From Selaginella moellendorffii (Eukaryota; Plantae; Lycopodiophyta), in NCBI RefSeq assembly GCF_000143415.4, contig NW_003314418.1:1-64000 (forward strand): a DNA stretch of 64,000 nucleotides. The letters run 5' to 3'. The translations under genes were made by a program, and so were the position numbers. Every line of letters begins with the position of its first letter. Position 1 is the first letter of the stretch. Shown here piece after piece: positions 58,967 through 64,000 of the stretch. The notes beneath the pieces are model-generated. The model had not been told where the DNA came from. It was given only the letters and a program-made list of their open reading frames with translations, and made no database searches.

Positions 58967-60382
58967 ATGGCGCGCGTAGCTCACAAGGCATCGTCTTGGT
59001 GGGATGAAACGCTGGTTGTCTACGCGCGGTGTGGGCATTTGAAGGAATCGAGAAGGATCTTTGATGCATTGCCGGCCAAGAACATCGCGTCGTGGACGGC
59101 GCTCGCGACCGCGTATGCCGAGAGTGGGCATCCGGGGGAGGCCAAGGCAGCGTTCGATCGAATGGCGGTGTGGGACGTAGTTTCCTCCACTGCGATGGTC
59201 AAGGCGCTGGGCGATTGCGGGCGGATTGGATCGAGAAAGGCGGTGTTCGATGCGATGCCCGAGAGGAACTGCAAGACGTGGGCGACGCTGCTGCGGGGAT
59301 TTGCTCGCGGCGGAGAGATTGGGCGAGCGAGAGAAGTGCTGGATCGGATGCCCGACGAATGTGGTAGCGTGGACGATCCTCGTGCAGGGTTTCGCGCAGC
59401 GCGGGCGAGTGGGCGATGCGAAGGCCGCGTTTGATTCCATGCCCGAGAAGAACAGCATCACTCGCGCGGTGATGCTCGTCATGTTTGCGGAGAATGGATT
59501 CGTGGAGGAGGCGGAGGATGTCTTCCAGGAGATTGTCCACCGAAACGCGATCCTCTGGGGGGCGATGCACTGCTGCTATGCCCAAAATGGGGATTTGATT
59601 CAAGCCAAGAGTTTGTTTGATAGGATGCCTCAGCACAGCGTACTGTCGTGGACGATTATGATCAAGTCATACGCGCAAAAAGGTGATGTTGATCAAGGAA
59701 AACACTTGTTTGAAGAAATGCCACACAGAGATCTTGTTTCATGGAACGCGATAATCGCTGTTTATGCCCAGAGAGGTCGTTTCAAAGAGGCGATCCGGGC
59801 GTTTTCTTTGGTTTGCTGCTGGGATTCCTATTCATGGAACACAATTCTAGTGGTATATGCTCTAGATGCAAATATTCGTCAAGCTAAGAAATCGTTCGAT
59901 GAGATGCCAACTTGGAACTTGCTCTCCTGGAACACGATTCTTGCAGCATATGCCCAGACCTGGCATGCGTATTCTGCGTTCCAGCTCTTTTGGGCGATGT
60001 TTCTTCACGGCTTTGACCCGACAAGGCAGCGTTTGCCATCGTTTTGACGGCGTGTAGCCATCTGGGGCTCGTCAAGGAAGCAGTAAGCTACTTCACGGCA
60101 ATGAGCTTTGACAATGGATTGGATCCTTCGCAAGGCCACTACACCTGCATTGTTGATGCTCTCCGACGACTAGGGCGATTGAAAGAGGCCGAGGATGTCC
60201 TGGAGAATATGCCTTTGCCAGCAGATGGAGTTGCATGGGCAACGTTTCTTAGCGCGTGCAAAAACCACGGGGAGATGAATTGAGGGATGCATGCTGCGGA
60301 ATTTACGTGCCAGTCCAGCCTTGTGAGTGATGCATTGCCTTATGTGATGCTGGAGAACATCTTCAGAGCAGTTCAGACTTGA
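58967..60382 (+). pseudogene. S-type PLS-E PPR gene (copy 2) with frameshifts and a stop
   Basis: Direct repeat of 22440-23810. 2-bp deletion at ~59354, 1-bp deletion at ~60016, CGA>TGA at 60281. Confidence 0.9.
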
Positions 60383-60394
60383 TTCTTCACTGTT

Positions 60395-61990
60395 TTGATG
60401 TGTTGACCCAAAGATCGATCGTTGATATCCAGCCATTCCGTGAGCCGCCCCATCCCCCATGGATGGAGAGCGGGACGCACAGAGATTTGGCATAGGAGAG
60501 TCTTCAGAAATCTATCTGGAGTGTTAAGTGCAGTGGGTTTGCTATAGCCAGCAACACAAGATCCAATGCTGCTGTTGTGAATTTCAGCAGCAGCACTGCG
60601 CTCCTCCTGCTCCACATCAGTGCCATGCTAGGCGTAGCAATCCAGATTCTCAAGACCATGCCGGTGAGAATCTATCATGAGCTCCTGTTGAAAGTGGAAA
60701 GTAGTGGTGTGAAAAGCTTGCGTTTGAGGCGCGGGTGGGGATGGGCTCATTGATACCTCGTTCCCATTGCCTTCCTTGTATCCTATCTCCCTCATTGCCT
60801 GACATGCTTCATATGTTCTCCTCTCTGAGTTCCATATGTTATCCTCTCCGCTGGGCCTCAGCCCATTCTTGATATTTACGAAGGCTCCATTGGATGTTGG
60901 TACAGAGAATTAAATTTAAAGACAATTGGCCCACTTTTATGATGGGCTTAATCTATGTTGAATGGATTGCTCTTTGCAAAGCATGTATGCAAGGCGATTT
61001 TACAAGGAAATTTATCAAATCTTCCGCAAAGTCAATGCCATACCTGTCAAGAACCAAATCCTTGGAGAGCTTTAGGAATTAGTATAGGGATATATAGGGA
61101 TGCATAATGAAGGATAGTTAAGTAATTTGATGATGAGAAGTTTGACATGGCGCAAGCAGAGTGCGCCTCTCAAGGCATCCAAATCTATGTTCTAGCTCCC
61201 ATTTGGAAATAAGAAAGGTTACAAGTGCCATTTCCTACTCATCCATTCCCTTTGAAAACTTTCTTTCTATTCTGCAGGGTGGAGTTTTACATATAATGTT
61301 GTTGTCACAAATAATTATAAAGCAAGTATAAGGGAATATTGCTTCTTCAATGGCAACTAGCACTTTGTAAAATGTTTTATGACCAACTATTCCCTTCTCT
61401 TCCAATACCATGGAATATAAGTATATGAAAATTTTCAAAACTATCATGTTGGAGTACAATCTTAATCATTCTTAAACTCTTAGGAACACTAGACTCAACT
61501 CTTCAGTTCCCTTTAATCTTTCAGTCTAGCATCATTCCAAATCCAGTATTGGTATTCAGATTTAGAATATTGCACTAGCCTTTGGAGACAAGGATAATTA
61601 GTTGTTTTGAATCCTTAGGATCATCCTCTAGTGATTTCAATCTACATTGAGTTATAATGTAAATAGATTGCTACTTTGTCCTCTATGACATGCTAGATGG
61701 AGAAAAAGTGTTATATAAGATCATATTTTTTATGCATTCCCCAAGTATTCTTTACAATTCAAATATTTATTTTGATAGATTTTTTTTCTGCAGGCTATTT
61801 GCAAAAGAACACCAAACAGCTGATTGCATAAATAGACGATGATGGTCACATTAGCTTATGGTTTCCAGACATGCAAATGATTCTTTCACAAGGTGTATGA
61901 CCTATTTGCACATATATCATATTTTTATATTCTTTATTTTTCCACAATAAATATCTTTTATAGCTTCAGTTTTGAGTATTACTTCAGTTT
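60395..61990 (+). repeat. Direct duplicate of 23808-25420 (unassigned downstream block)
   Basis: Colinear identity with small indels. Confidence 0.88.
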
Positions 61991-63577
61991 TTGGTTTTCT
62001 TAATAGACACTGCACATGTGACTATCACAATCAAATTGTGATGGCCACATCAGCAATTTGAAGTAATGTTGCCTTAGTACATGTCACCATCACTGTCATT
62101 TTTTTAACAGTGGCATTGTGACAGTGAAATCAATTTGAATGTTTTTCAAAACTGGCCTAGCTAGTTGACCACCATGAAACCTGCAATAGAAGGTTAAAAT
62201 GTTGATGTGGTAGTTATTTCCTCCCGCCACTATTGCTGACATGTCAATTCATAGTTTTAGGGTCTTGAGCAGAATGGGAGAGCAACAGTTGAATGATTTA
62301 AAGATTATGTTCTCCACTCAATGTCATTAAAAGTTTATGTATGATGGTTCTCAATTCAGCAGGGGGAATTTTACTGCTCCCACTCCACCGAAGCCTTTGA
62401 AACCAACTAGAAATTGGGGGCATTGGTTTTTAAATGAATTGTTGGCTTTGAATGAAGCAAAGAAGCATGATTTCTTCTTATAGCAACGAGGTAACATTCA
62501 GAAGAGGCACAAGACTACAAGTGTTCATTGGTAGCAAGTTTCTAAGTAAGTTTTAGATTTTTTAGACTTCCAGTCATTCACTAAGTTTTCAGCTACTGTT
62601 TTACACATGGTGTCAACCATTTGCCTGGGCAATGCCAATCTCGTTGGGAGTATATCTACAAAGAGTTCAACAAAATCAAGTCATATGAATATCATGTTCC
62701 TACTGGTAAAAGCAATACTGAAACATGACAACAGAACAACATCATGAAGCTGATTTACCACCAAAGTTCAATGATCAACTCTATGCAATGATGGACGAGT
62801 GGCTTTAGGACTGTTAAATTGTAAATTCACAGAGACAAACTTAGGAATTAATGTCTTCACTACCTACATCCCAACAATCACTATTACTGGCACCAAGAGC
62901 TTCACAACAACAATCACTATTACCTCCATGTGGAGAATCAAAGCCTAAAGGTATTTTTTGTAGTTTTTGTTCATAATCACTTTTGGCAATGACATAAAAT
63001 AACAATAATCTTGAAAAGCATAATTCAGGCTAGCTGAGGAAAAAGTTCCGCACACACTTGCAAAACAGCTTGTAGGAGTGTTGTGTGACAACAATGTGAG
63101 CCTCATTGATACAATGGAAAATAGGTAGAAGGAAATTTGCTATCATAATCTGAAGAAGGAAGAATTCATGGAGCATACTTTAGTTGTGGATAGCCAGATG
63201 GTGAAGAATGTGGATCAAGTAACTCAAGCCTTGTTTGCAATTGTTGATTCTTTGGTAAGTCAATTCATTATCTTATTCATGAACTTCACTTTTGTAGTTT
63301 ATAATGTCACTGATTACTATCTCCAAAGCAACAAGAGAGATGATGAACTGATGAAGATGTGATGATTTACCTGATCAACAATTTTAGGCCCAGCATTCCC
63401 ATCTTGCATTGCCACTGCCAATATCCTTGGATCGATTCCATCAATTTAGATAAAACATTCTTGTTGGAAGGACACGAGCGTTCACGTAAAGCTGTTTGTA
63501 TCAGTTGTCTAGCAATAGAAACATGAATGGATCAGAGTTAGATTGAAAGGAAAGAAAGAACTTTGCAAGAGTAAGTA

Positions 63578-63833
63578 CCAAGAATGCCACACTGCGAAAT
63601 GACAATCTTTGTGTATGGTTGATTGAATCCCCTCTCAGCAACCACTGCTCAGGTATCACCTATAAGCTTGGCAATGCTATGGGGATTCAAGATAAGATTT
63701 TTCCCAAGGAACTAAGAGAAGAAAATACATACTGGAAGTAAAGATTGCTTGTGTTATCTTTGACCACCCTAGTACTTGCAATCTTTCGGACAACATCCAG
63801 GCCTTCTACCACTCGCCCTACCACCGAATTCAT
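63578..63833 (-). pseudogene. CYP28: 3' fragment of chloroplast cyclophilin CYP28-like gene (not in the ORF track)
   Basis: Manual translation across a 56-nt GT-AG intron (63732-63677): VVGRVVEGLDVVRKIASTRVVKDNTSNLYFH|IAKLIGDT*AVVAERGFNQPYTKIVISQCGIL, matching the recalled CYP28 C-terminus (VAKVIGDKRAVVAERGFNRPY). Stop at 63649-63651. Confidence 0.8.
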
Positions 63834-64000
63834 TGGGAATTTCAAAGAATTCGTTGGGAAACCAAGTAGGATCCCAACTTCTAGTGATAGAACAGCTTCA
63901 ATGGCCTCAAGCTACATTCCCTTGCGTCAACAGCCTCAAGCTGCATTTCCAAGCATCTTCTGCAGTGCCATTCCAAATCATTTTCTTCCCTCTTCCTCTT

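Noticed and set aside
62000-63500. Possible gene or DNA-transposon end
   Set aside because: Some splice-like signals, but no recognisable protein motif, TIR or TSD could be supported.

Overview
Eukaryotic plant nuclear DNA, most consistent with a lycophyte such as Selaginella (inferred from ~45-70 nt introns, S-motif-rich and PLS-DYW PPR genes, and a seed-free-plant-type 5S motif). The window is a mosaic of shuffled segmental duplications: 5.9-19.2 kb is an inverted copy of 39.4-49.2 kb, 1-5.9 kb an inverted copy of 31.5-38.9 kb, and the PPR, alpha-fucosidase and SEC16 blocks at 21.7-31.2 kb reappear at 50-62 kb. It contains several degenerate Ty3/gypsy retroelements, a LINE relic, two solo LTRs with TSDs, and a complete Cassandra TRIM with identical 5S-bearing LTRs. 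Nearly all host genes are pseudogenes with complementary lesions between copies (S-type PPR x3, GH29 fucosidase x2, SEC16/MAG5 x2, CYP28 fragment). The standout is a 1225-aa ORF (44515-48192) that fuses an OSB-type PDF motif (ssDNA-binding family) to a recently expanded array of near-identical 333-bp PLS triplets and an E/E+/DYW cytidine deaminase. Its repeats vary recurrently at PPR-code positions. All calls are by-eye; no database searches were run.
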